IMG/VR virus record: IMGVR_UViG_3300006052_000009
Span: 1-64,000 of that record
Length of the DNA stretch: 64,000 nt
From: a virus
Reading direction: 5' to 3' (one strand)
A program made the translations under genes and the position numbers. This document shows, one piece after another, positions 29,113 through 38,735 of this stretch (the first letter of the stretch is position 1; each line of letters begins with the position of its first letter). The notes under the pieces were generated by a model. That model saw nothing but the letters and a program-made list of their open reading frames with translations, did not search any database and was not told the origin of the DNA.

Positions 29113-29841
29113 ATGTCTGATAATGCTGGAATTTATGCTATTACATCTCCTTCAAATAAAGTCTACATCGGACAAAGTCATAATATAAAAAAAAGGTATA
29201 AGCAATACGCTTATCTATCAAATAAAGAACAACCAGCCATTCATAATTCTATTTTAAAGTATGGTTGGGAGACTCATAAATTTGAAACAATTCTATATTT
29301 AGATGAACGCATAAATCAATCTCTTTATGATTACTGGGAATGTTTTTTTATAGAGCATTACAAGCAACAAGGTTATACTTTACTGAATTTAACCTCTGGA
29401 GGAGGTCATTGTAAGATGTCAGAAGAAGCAAAAATAAAAATGTCAATCGCTGCAAAAGGCAAAGTTAAAAGTGCTGAATGGCGAAAAAAAATATCTGATA
29501 GCAATAAATTAACAAGGAAACTAGGACTTCATAAACCCAGTATTTATTGGTTAGGTAAGGAAAGAAGTCAAGAGACAAAAAATAAAATAAGTAAGTCAAG
29601 CATTGGTAAACAATTATCAGAAGAACATAAAGCAAAAGTTGGACGACAGGGTGAAAAGCATCACAAATCCAAACTATCAAATGAACAGGTTAGAATAATT
29701 ATGCATGCTTTAAAATTTGGTGCAATAGGAACTGAGTTAGCTAAAATTTTCAATATTGGCAGCACTACTGTTTATGAAATAGGTAACGGCATACATTGGT
29801 CTCATGTTACAGGAATACCTAAAAGGAAAAATTATCAGTAA
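29113..29841 (+). CDS. free-standing GIY-YIG homing endonuclease (NUMOD3, C-terminal HTH)
   Basis: GIYAITSPSNKVYIGQS; SEEAKIKMS repeats. Confidence 0.9.
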   Translation: MSDNAGIYAITSPSNKVYIGQSHNIKKRYKQYAYLSNKEQPAIHNSILKYGWETHKFETILYLDERINQSLYDYWECFFIEHYKQQGYTLLNLTSGGGHCKMSEEAKIKMSIAAKGKVKSAEWRKKISDSNKLTRKLGLHKPSIYWLGKERSQETKNKISKSSIGKQLSEEHKAKVGRQGEKHHKSKLSNEQVRIIMHALKFGAIGTELAKIFNIGSTTVYEIGNGIHWSHVTGIPKRKNYQ

Positions 29842-29863
29842 ATTGCAACTAAATTTATAAATC

Positions 29864-30535
29864 ATGGCCTTAACATTTGTGACCGCTATACAACAGGTAA
29901 CAGTTGACTTATCTCATGGTTATTTGGTTGATTATACAGTTTACGGTGGATCTAACGTAGCCCGTAATACTCTTTCAATTTTCGTTTACATCGCAAAACG
30001 GGACGTTAACAACAACGACACTTTCTTAACTATCGATAACTCATCACCACTCACAGCAACGCAGTGGTACTTTTCTATGCCTGCACAGGACGGAAATTTT
30101 GTGGCAAGTATTTTTGCTTTCAACATCTGGTCGGCAGGATCTTATACTTTGAATGCATGCGTATACTACTCACCAAATTCGAGTTATTACATCGCCAACA
30201 CAGGAACATCGAGCACACCTGGTGCCGATGGAACGTGGACTTTGATCACCAACATTCTTCAGACTTGCTCTGGTAATTCATCTGTTCAACAGGCGCAGAC
30301 TTACAATTTCTCTGCTGCCGTTGCTCAGGCTGGCGCATTGTCGCTGGCTCTTGCCGACTTTGGTAACAACGTGAAGTTAGGACGCTATAAGAGTTGGGAG
30401 GATGCCGCACAGGTGCTGATCGGCCCAGCATTAATTCAAAGTGCTCTTACGAATTTCAGACAAGGGAACTATACTAACTGTCAGTCGATAATGGATTATG
30501 TTGACGCACAGACACAAACTACTTATTCTGCATAA
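29864..30535 (+). CDS. virion structural protein
   Basis: T/S/N/A-rich; in structural operon. Confidence 0.65.
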   Translation: MALTFVTAIQQVTVDLSHGYLVDYTVYGGSNVARNTLSIFVYIAKRDVNNNDTFLTIDNSSPLTATQWYFSMPAQDGNFVASIFAFNIWSAGSYTLNACVYYSPNSSYYIANTGTSSTPGADGTWTLITNILQTCSGNSSVQQAQTYNFSAAVAQAGALSLALADFGNNVKLGRYKSWEDAAQVLIGPALIQSALTNFRQGNYTNCQSIMDYVDAQTQTTYSA

Positions 30536-31219
30536 ATGAGTCTTCCAATTCGCGCAGCCTCGGAGATTACCGTAATCATCAATAACGCTCAGGCCGCTGT
30601 TAGTGGCCTAGGTAAGCAAATTGTTGATGAGAAAAAGCGTGGCCTCAATGCATCCAACAGAGCACACCGCGATAAAATCTATAGACTCATTCTTCTTATT
30701 AATTACTTACAAACTCTACTTGATGACAACGGTAATGTAAGGAACTGGTACAGTAACAATGCCGCCACCTACAACCAGATGCTTGATGGTGTGGTGAAGC
30801 TCTCGGGAATATTCCAAGGGCCATCGATACCATTGATGACCAGTGTGAACATCCCGATTATTCTTTATCAGGGATCAAGCAACTCAGACATTGACAATGG
30901 TGGCATAGGCACAGCGATAAGTAAAACCGTTAATAGCCCATCGACTATTGTTGATTCATTTACCGCCATAGGTTCGTATGCTTTTTATGTGTTGGGTGTC
31001 TCTGGAGTGAATGCGGGTGAGGGTAGCAGAACGTCAACTTTATTTGTTACGATAAGAGGATCCAGCACCCCCACTTGGACGGAGACAAAGACTACCGACT
31101 TAGGTGGGATTACGACACCTATAGTTTTTAGTTTTACAAATTCTGGTGGAAATATAAATTTAGTTGCGACTGCTTCAACAAATAACTGGTCTGTTAATGG
31201 TTTCAGATTAAATGGCTGA
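30536..31219 (+). CDS. virion structural protein
   Basis: helical N-terminus plus beta-rich C-terminus; precedes fibre gene. Confidence 0.65.
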   Translation: MSLPIRAASEITVIINNAQAAVSGLGKQIVDEKKRGLNASNRAHRDKIYRLILLINYLQTLLDDNGNVRNWYSNNAATYNQMLDGVVKLSGIFQGPSIPLMTSVNIPIILYQGSSNSDIDNGGIGTAISKTVNSPSTIVDSFTAIGSYAFYVLGVSGVNAGEGSRTSTLFVTIRGSSTPTWTETKTTDLGGITTPIVFSFTNSGGNINLVATASTNNWSVNGFRLNG

Positions 31220-34200
31220 TGCACTCAAAATATCCAATGGCCTCATCTTTGACTTCTCCATTAATGGTGCGGGGCCAAGTGATGTCTTGTTGTTTAGTGA
31301 TTCGAGTGGCAACCTTACCCAGGCATCTTCTCTTGCTGTCAACAGACTTGTAGCTCAGACACCATCGAAGGCAACTGTATTTGATGCAAGTGGATTCATC
31401 ACCGCATCATCTGTAACGGCTACCGAGTTAGGATATGTTTCCGGTGTCACTTCATCGATACAAACACAACTTAATGCCAAGCAACCAACGATCAGTCTCA
31501 CCGCTAATCGCGCTGTGGTCACTAATGGATCTGGTGTCCTAATTGCATCGGCAACACTTGATACAGAGATAGGATATGTGTCGGGGGTTACATCGTCAAT
31601 ACAGACTCAACTTAATGCAAAGCAAGCAACCATCACTGGTGGTGCAACAACTATAGTATCATCTAACCTGACTGCATCTCGAGCACTTGTCTCTGACGGT
31701 AGCGGAAAGGTAGCGGTCAGTAGTGTGTTGTCTTCAGAACTTGCCTATGTATCTGGAGTTACTTCTTCGATACAGACGCAGTTAGGAACTAAGTTGACGG
31801 TTACAATAACATCGCCTACCAGTGGACAGATAATTTCTTACAACGGTTCAGCGTGGGTTAACTCCTCTGCCGGTGCGGGTACGTTACCAGTAGGTGGATC
31901 GGCAAATCAGTATCTCACTAAGATTGACGGAACAAATTATAACACTCAGTGGTCAACATTGATCACCGCAAACATCACCGATCTAACTGCTACTTACAGT
32001 GAGATAAATATTCTGCATGGTGTTACAACTACTACTGCACAGTTAAACTACCTCAATACTACTACCTCCGATGTTCAGGTTCAGATAAATAACAAGTTAA
32101 CAAACTCGTTAACGCTGAACTCCATCTGGGTTGGTAATGGTGCCAATGTTCCTGCCCCATTGTCTACTGGTCCTAACGGATATGTTCTTAAGAGTGTATC
32201 TGGTGTTCCTACATGGCAACCGTACTTGGCTACTTCTTTTATTGGTCTTACCGATGTACCTGCGTCTTATACGGGAGCAAATAGTTATCTCGTTCAGGTT
32301 AATGCAGGTGCCACAGGTCTTCAGTTTGTCGCAACGAATAGTGTTGGTTGGCCGCTGACTGGATCGGCTACTATCACTGGCAACGTAACGATGACTCTTC
32401 CTGCGGCAGATGTGGTCTACTTCAATGCCGCTGGATACACAGATACCAATACTTTCTTCCAATGGACAAGCACGGCCACAAGTTATAATCAGAACATCAT
32501 ACAGAACCTCAGTTCTGCGGCCACTGCGAGTACGAACTTCATTGTAAGTAATAACCTAGGAACTGCTACTACCTATTATTTTGAAATGGGTATGAACAGT
32601 TCAGGATTTACTGGCAGTGGATCATTTAACATAGCCAACGCTGGATATCTTGATGTTACCAATGGTGATCTGGTGATCGGAACACTTACCTCTAATGCGA
32701 TACACTTTGTAATTAATGGGGGGAGTGTGAGCACCGATGCGATGTTGATCGACACGCATGGGAAGGCGACATTTTATCCATCGGCTACGTACACAGGTCT
32801 TAATGTTGGAACGGGCAGTGCCGATCCATCTACTCCTAGTGGTGGAGATTTATTCTATAACACTACGCTGACTGCATTGAGGGCATACATCAATGGTGCG
32901 TGGGTAAGTTTAGGTGCTGGCGGCGGGGGAGGCACACCCGGAGGTTCTAATACACAGTTGCAGTACAACAACTCAGGCGCATTCGGGGGAACGAGTGCAA
33001 CGTATAGTAGTGCGACTGGTAAGGTGACTTTTACACCGACCGCAACGTATTCAGGGATGAATATTGGCACTTTAGCTGGCAATCCCTCTACATTGAGCAA
33101 TGCCGATATTTGGTATAATTCAACAACATCTCAATTTGTAGGTACTGGGTTTGGTTCTGGAATAACTTCCACTTTTCTGGGAGGACAAGCAGTGCCAGCA
33201 GGTCAAGGTCAGATACCTTATAACGTAAGTGCTAATTCAGCGGTGTTAAGTTTTAGTTCAAACTTCACTTATAATACAATTAAATTCAATGTAGGAGGTG
33301 CCGCCCAATCCTCAGGCGTAAACTCTCTAGCCGTCTTCACTGGCCGTGCTGATACGGGCATCACAACAACTACGGAACAGATCGACATCGACTTCGCGCT
33401 GAACAGAACTGTGACGTGGGCATCGTCATCTACAGTAGCTACTCAGCGACAGATTTATGTCAGGGGCGTAACGTTAGCCGCTGCATCGGCAGGCCAAGTG
33501 TTCACCAATGCGTATTCACTGTATGTGGATCCACCAGTAGCGGGAACGAATGCGAGTATAGGAACTGCTTGGGCAGCAGGATTTAATGGGAATATGTGGT
33601 CTAATGGACAAGTTTTATTTGGCCCATCAGGAACAGCTTTTTATAGCGCATCAGAAATATTAAAAATTAGAAGTGATCAGAATAATGGGGTTATATCATC
33701 AGTAACCAATACTACTGCTGGCACATCTGCCTATGCGGGATTTTTTGCGTCCACCAGCTCTAGTTTTTCAGGTGCACTGGTGATGATAACTTTATCATCA
33801 TCTTACGCTACGAGCGGAATTTTAGTGGCAAACTCATCATCGGTTTATTCTAATACTGGAGGCGGCCTAAATTTAGGTACCAATATTGCACAACAAACCA
33901 GTCTTTGGACTAATGCTACAAAGCGTCTAGCTATTGATGGCTCAGGTAACACTGTCTACACACAAGGCGCATTGTCTTCTTCATGGACCTCATCTTGGAA
34001 TTATATCTCAGGCAACCACACCATAATCCCTGCCAGTTCCGAACTAGCAGACTTCATCTTCAACTCGGCTAGTGGTGACAATACCTTCAACTCAGGTGGT
34101 TCTCTCGCAGTAGGTACACGCACGAAGGCATGGGCAAGTGGTGCAGGTACGGTAGCGACTCAGCGCGATATCTACATCAGAGGCACGATCTACAGTTCGG

Positions 34201-36257
34201 CAGGAAGTAGTACAACGATAACTAATGCGTACACATTGTATGTCGATGCACCAAGCACGAACACTTCGGCAGGATTTGCGCCTACAGTGACAAATAATTT
34301 TGCTGCTGGTTTCAATGGCAATGTTGCTGTATTAGGTAATTTCAATGTGACAACTTCTTACAGCACAATTATAAGTGCAGGCCAGACAATTTCATTTACA
34401 GCTAGAGCATTTAACAGTTTTGGAGGTACAACTTCTTTTAATTTCACACCAGGTGCAAGTACAAATATTGCCACTACCAGTGAGCAAAATAATTTTGTAA
34501 TTACTGGCGTTACTTTACAGTGGGCTGCTGGCACTGTGGTTATCCAAAGAGATAACCTTATAAAGGCTAATACATTAACTGGTGCTGCCGCAACAGCAAT
34601 ATTTACAGATGCAGCAACATTTGCAATAAATGGAGCACCTATAAAAGGAACCAATGCATCAATAACTAATGCTCACGGATTACTTATCCAATCGGGATCA
34701 GTGGGTGCTGCAACCAACTCCTTCGGCCTCACTGTTAACGCTCAAAGTGGTGCTACCAACAACTACGCAGCGCAGTTCTTAGGGGGCACTGTGATCTTTA
34801 AAAACGTGTTATCATATACCGACACCGACATCTTCACGATGGCCGCCAGTTCGGTGAACAGTTTCAATCAGCACATCATTCAGAATACCAACAGTGGCAC
34901 AACTGCATCGACTAATCTGATCGTCAGCAACAACAACGGAACCGCCACGACATACTATGGCGAGTTCGGCATGAACTCTTCGGGCTTCACTGGATCAGGT
35001 TCATTCAACCAGCCCAACTACGTATACTTGGACTCCACCAGCGCAGATCTCGTAATAGGAACGACCACATCGAATGCGATTCACTTCGTAATCAATGGCA
35101 ACAGCGTCACTACGGATGCCATGGGAATAGCCACCACTGGCAAGGTTCTCCTCTATCAGACCGCATCCTATGCGGCCTTCAACATCAACGGATACACTGC
35201 TGACCCAAGTACGCCTACGGAAGGCGATCAAGCCTACAATACGACTTCACATGTAATGAAGTTCTATAACGGCAGCACTTGGGTATCAATGGGAGGCGGT
35301 GGAGGAATTACTAACAGTGCATCGAATACCGAACTCATGATGAGTGACGGTACAAACGCCACACACTCTGGTTTATTTGTCAGTACCCAAGGTAGCCTCG
35401 ACTTAGGTTCAACAAGTATCGCAGGTGACAGAGTAATACACAACATAAGTTCTAGCACAGATTCTTATTTGAGCCTTCAGCCTAAAGGAGTTGGAATCGT
35501 TAGAATTTATAACGGATCCTTTGCTGTTTATGATACTAACACGCCAGGAACATTTAATAATTATTTAATATTTCAAGCAGATAATGGATCTGGCTATTCA
35601 ATCGGCCCAGGGGTACCTACCAGTGCAAATGTTAGATCATTTACCATCAATGGTGCCCAAGGGAATGCGACAACAACAAGCGGTGCTGATTTAATTTTAA
35701 CTGCTGGAGCTGGTTATAGTGTTGGTAACACTAATGGCGCAAATCTGTATTTAAAGGGAGGGGCAAAGAATAGTTCGGGAACAAATGGTAATGTTGGATT
35801 TTTTACTACCTCTGGTAGTTTCGGTGGTGGCACTGATGTTGCATTTATTCATGATGCTACAACTAACCCATCCACAAATCCAACGGCAGGATACATTCTA
35901 TATTCCGATGGATCAAACCTGTCTCATCCAACGGTAAGGGTTCCATCAGGGGCAGTTGCCGATATATATCAAGGTGGGTTTGTTGTCGGTACAGTTTCAG
36001 CGACTACTCAAACATTGGATAGAACACAAACTGTATGGGTCTTTACTGGATCTTCGGGATCAACTTGGACTCTTCCTGCTTTATCGGGCAATACAAACTT
36101 GATTTACTTCATTAAAAATAGAGGCACTGCGAACATCACCTTGCAAAGAGCAGGCGCAGATAATATCTTTGATACTGCGGTGGTGACCTCTGTAACCATT
36201 CTGCCTGGAAGCGCAGTGATTGTAAGTAATGACGGAACCTACTGGAACATAATGTAA
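31212..36257 (+). CDS. long tail fibre/spike-like protein
   Basis: 1681 aa, S/T/G/N-rich; TELGYVSGVTSSIQTQLN repeats; GGGGG hinges. Confidence 0.8.
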   Translation: MADALKISNGLIFDFSINGAGPSDVLLFSDSSGNLTQASSLAVNRLVAQTPSKATVFDASGFITASSVTATELGYVSGVTSSIQTQLNAKQPTISLTANRAVVTNGSGVLIASATLDTEIGYVSGVTSSIQTQLNAKQATITGGATTIVSSNLTASRALVSDGSGKVAVSSVLSSELAYVSGVTSSIQTQLGTKLTVTITSPTSGQIISYNGSAWVNSSAGAGTLPVGGSANQYLTKIDGTNYNTQWSTLITANITDLTATYSEINILHGVTTTTAQLNYLNTTTSDVQVQINNKLTNSLTLNSIWVGNGANVPAPLSTGPNGYVLKSVSGVPTWQPYLATSFIGLTDVPASYTGANSYLVQVNAGATGLQFVATNSVGWPLTGSATITGNVTMTLPAADVVYFNAAGYTDTNTFFQWTSTATSYNQNIIQNLSSAATASTNFIVSNNLGTATTYYFEMGMNSSGFTGSGSFNIANAGYLDVTNGDLVIGTLTSNAIHFVINGGSVSTDAMLIDTHGKATFYPSATYTGLNVGTGSADPSTPSGGDLFYNTTLTALRAYINGAWVSLGAGGGGGTPGGSNTQLQYNNSGAFGGTSATYSSATGKVTFTPTATYSGMNIGTLAGNPSTLSNADIWYNSTTSQFVGTGFGSGITSTFLGGQAVPAGQGQIPYNVSANSAVLSFSSNFTYNTIKFNVGGAAQSSGVNSLAVFTGRADTGITTTTEQIDIDFALNRTVTWASSSTVATQRQIYVRGVTLAAASAGQVFTNAYSLYVDPPVAGTNASIGTAWAAGFNGNMWSNGQVLFGPSGTAFYSASEILKIRSDQNNGVISSVTNTTAGTSAYAGFFASTSSSFSGALVMITLSSSYATSGILVANSSSVYSNTGGGLNLGTNIAQQTSLWTNATKRLAIDGSGNTVYTQGALSSSWTSSWNYISGNHTIIPASSELADFIFNSASGDNTFNSGGSLAVGTRTKAWASGAGTVATQRDIYIRGTIYSSAGSSTTITNAYTLYVDAPSTNTSAGFAPTVTNNFAAGFNGNVAVLGNFNVTTSYSTIISAGQTISFTARAFNSFGGTTSFNFTPGASTNIATTSEQNNFVITGVTLQWAAGTVVIQRDNLIKANTLTGAAATAIFTDAATFAINGAPIKGTNASITNAHGLLIQSGSVGAATNSFGLTVNAQSGATNNYAAQFLGGTVIFKNVLSYTDTDIFTMAASSVNSFNQHIIQNTNSGTTASTNLIVSNNNGTATTYYGEFGMNSSGFTGSGSFNQPNYVYLDSTSADLVIGTTTSNAIHFVINGNSVTTDAMGIATTGKVLLYQTASYAAFNINGYTADPSTPTEGDQAYNTTSHVMKFYNGSTWVSMGGGGGITNSASNTELMMSDGTNATHSGLFVSTQGSLDLGSTSIAGDRVIHNISSSTDSYLSLQPKGVGIVRIYNGSFAVYDTNTPGTFNNYLIFQADNGSGYSIGPGVPTSANVRSFTINGAQGNATTTSGADLILTAGAGYSVGNTNGANLYLKGGAKNSSGTNGNVGFFTTSGSFGGGTDVAFIHDATTNPSTNPTAGYILYSDGSNLSHPTVRVPSGAVADIYQGGFVVGTVSATTQTLDRTQTVWVFTGSSGSTWTLPALSGNTNLIYFIKNRGTANITLQRAGADNIFDTAVVTSVTILPGSAVIVSNDGTYWNIM

Positions 36258-36258
36258 C

Positions 36259-37968
36259 ATGGCAAGATACGACAACATAACACTTCTAGCAGGTTCTAAC
36301 ACCACTCAGGTGAGTAGCACAACTGTGCAGTTATCTCAACTAAGTTTTGTTGGTGCCGGTGGATTATCTGTTGGCGTAAGTAATGGCTCGGTAGTTATCT
36401 CTGGAGCCGCAGGTGGTGGTGCAGCAATATCGGCAGGCACACAAAGCACGAATGGAGGAACAGTCGTTTTCTCCAACTCGAACAACGTAACATTTGGGAT
36501 GAGTAACAGCAGTATTGTAACTGCTTCGTTTTCTCAATCAAATCAAAATGTAAGTTTATATGCTGTTGGAAACACAACAATTAATAGTTCTCTCGGACTT
36601 ACTCTTCCTACTCTATCTTTTGATGGAGCCGGTGCGGCCTACGTTGGATTCAATAATAACAGTGTAGTTATAAATGTACAAAGTAGCCTAAGTAATATAA
36701 ACGTCAGCGGAGGAACAACATCTAACAACTTAAGTAACCTTGTCTTTTCTAACAGTAACAATGCCACGTTCGGATTAAATGGTTCTACCATGACAGTCAG
36801 TGCCCCTGTGAATTTCTCAGCGGGCACAACAAGTGGTAACCTAACCCAGATATCTTTTTCGAATGGTAGCAACGTAAGTTTTGGATTGAATGCAGGAACT
36901 ATTACTGCCTCAGTAGCAACATCACTTACCAACATTAACGTAAGTGGTGGAACAACATCGAATAATTTATCAGCTATAACTTTTTCAAACGGAAACGGTA
37001 TTTCATTTGGATTGAACGGTTCCACTATGACGGCCAGTATAGCCACCAGTCTCTCTGTCGTTAACTTCTCGGCAGGTACAACAAGTGGTAACTTAGGCTC
37101 CGTAGTCTTCAGTAACAGCAACGGTGTATCTTTTGGACTCAATGGTAGCACGGTCACAGCCAAAGCTGGATTCCTATCATCATATGAGCCGTTCCAATTG
37201 CAGTCTAACATCACCATGACTTTAAACGGTGCATCTGTATCGCATGCCGCTGCCTTTATTCTTCCATCGCCTATATCTGCATCATTCTTGAGAATACCTG
37301 TGGTGATGTCTACCAACAGTACCACGCTTGCAACTGCGGCTCAGTCATTAAGTGATTCGGCTGCCGTGTACAGCACTTGGAATGCTGTAGTCTACTCACT
37401 CGGAACAGGGGCAAGTTCTCAAAGTTTAATCTCTGTAGCTTCTGGATCTATAGGCTGGACTGATCTGAACTCCATCAGCATGAGTGCTAACGGAACACAG
37501 TACAGTATAACTCAAGCTATCTCTGGATACGCTAACGGTGCAGGAACGACTTTGACAACGCAATATTCTATTTCAAACACCAACATCTCTTTAACGACAA
37601 ACCAGATAGCAACTATCTTCTCAGGATCAAGATTCCTAGATATAAACTTTGCCAACTCCCTCTCCGCTGGTGCGTACTGGATAATCTATGGTTACAGTTC
37701 ATCATCTGCTTATGGCGGTGATGCCAACAGCACACAGTTCTCTAACGCGACACAAAGAAGAGTTTACTACTCTAACCACTACGGGTTATCTCAAGCAAAC
37801 ATCGCCTTTGGAATTATGGGTTCGACAAACTTTACATCTGGCGGTTTGTTAGGTGCAGGTTCATTCTCTACCGCTGGTGGTGGAACAACAAGCGCATTAC
37901 CTATCTCTGCAATATCATCAAGCGCAAGCAACGTAAGACCTTATTTTCAAATGTTAAGATCAGCATAA
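36259..37968 (+). CDS. S/T/N/G-rich repeat structural protein
   Basis: repeats of N.S.GTTS.NL....FSN.N...FGLNGST. Confidence 0.7.
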   Translation: MARYDNITLLAGSNTTQVSSTTVQLSQLSFVGAGGLSVGVSNGSVVISGAAGGGAAISAGTQSTNGGTVVFSNSNNVTFGMSNSSIVTASFSQSNQNVSLYAVGNTTINSSLGLTLPTLSFDGAGAAYVGFNNNSVVINVQSSLSNINVSGGTTSNNLSNLVFSNSNNATFGLNGSTMTVSAPVNFSAGTTSGNLTQISFSNGSNVSFGLNAGTITASVATSLTNINVSGGTTSNNLSAITFSNGNGISFGLNGSTMTASIATSLSVVNFSAGTTSGNLGSVVFSNSNGVSFGLNGSTVTAKAGFLSSYEPFQLQSNITMTLNGASVSHAAAFILPSPISASFLRIPVVMSTNSTTLATAAQSLSDSAAVYSTWNAVVYSLGTGASSQSLISVASGSIGWTDLNSISMSANGTQYSITQAISGYANGAGTTLTTQYSISNTNISLTTNQIATIFSGSRFLDINFANSLSAGAYWIIYGYSSSSAYGGDANSTQFSNATQRRVYYSNHYGLSQANIAFGIMGSTNFTSGGLLGAGSFSTAGGGTTSALPISAISSSASNVRPYFQMLRSA

Positions 37969-37983
37969 ACTAACCAACTAACC

Positions 37984-38709
37984 ATGAAACCACAATTGAT
38001 CACTCTTCAGACCGAAGGATTCCACAACAAAGATTTAGTTAAGACATCAACTCGATTGATGAAGGGAGGTTCTTGGAAGAAGCAAAGAGTGATAAGTTTA
38101 ATTCCGGCAGGAGAAAGTATTCCAACTAAAGTTTATTTAAGTCATCTCGGTTTGATCTTCCCTCCTAATCAAGCGGCTCACCGAATGGTTGCCATGGGCA
38201 TGGAGGTAGGGGAGGCATTCTCTAACGCCATCGCTGAAATTCTCGCCAATCCAGAGTTAAGCAAGTGGGAGTATCTGCTCACCATAGAGCACGACAACAT
38301 GCCTCCACAAGATGGGCTGATTAAGTTGATTGAACAGATGGAAAACAATCCTAAACTTTCTTGCATCGGTGGACTTTATTACACCAAAGGAGAAGGAGGC
38401 GTAGCCCAAATCTGGGGCGATCCGAACGATCCGATCATAAACTTCAGACCTCAAGTTCCCGATCCGAAGGGTGGCTTGGTTGAATGTTGTGGCACAGGGA
38501 TGGGATTTAATCTTTGGAGATTATCGATGTTCAAAGATGAAAAATTACCTCGTCCTTGGTTTAATACACAAAACGGTAAAGAGGGGAAAGGCGTAGGCAC
38601 CCAGGATTTAACTTTCTGGAGCAACGCAAGGAAGCATGGATACCGTTGCGCTATTGATTGTAGCATCCGAGTGGGCCATTACGATCAATTAGCGGATTTT
38701 GTGTGGTGA
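37984..38709 (+). CDS. GT-A fold (GT2-like) glycosyltransferase
   Basis: YLLTIEHD (DxD-like), GTGMGF, QDLTF...A...GY...ID...VGH. Confidence 0.75.
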   Translation: MKPQLITLQTEGFHNKDLVKTSTRLMKGGSWKKQRVISLIPAGESIPTKVYLSHLGLIFPPNQAAHRMVAMGMEVGEAFSNAIAEILANPELSKWEYLLTIEHDNMPPQDGLIKLIEQMENNPKLSCIGGLYYTKGEGGVAQIWGDPNDPIINFRPQVPDPKGGLVECCGTGMGFNLWRLSMFKDEKLPRPWFNTQNGKEGKGVGTQDLTFWSNARKHGYRCAIDCSIRVGHYDQLADFVW

Positions 38710-38735
38710 AGAGAAACTAACTAACCGATTAATAC

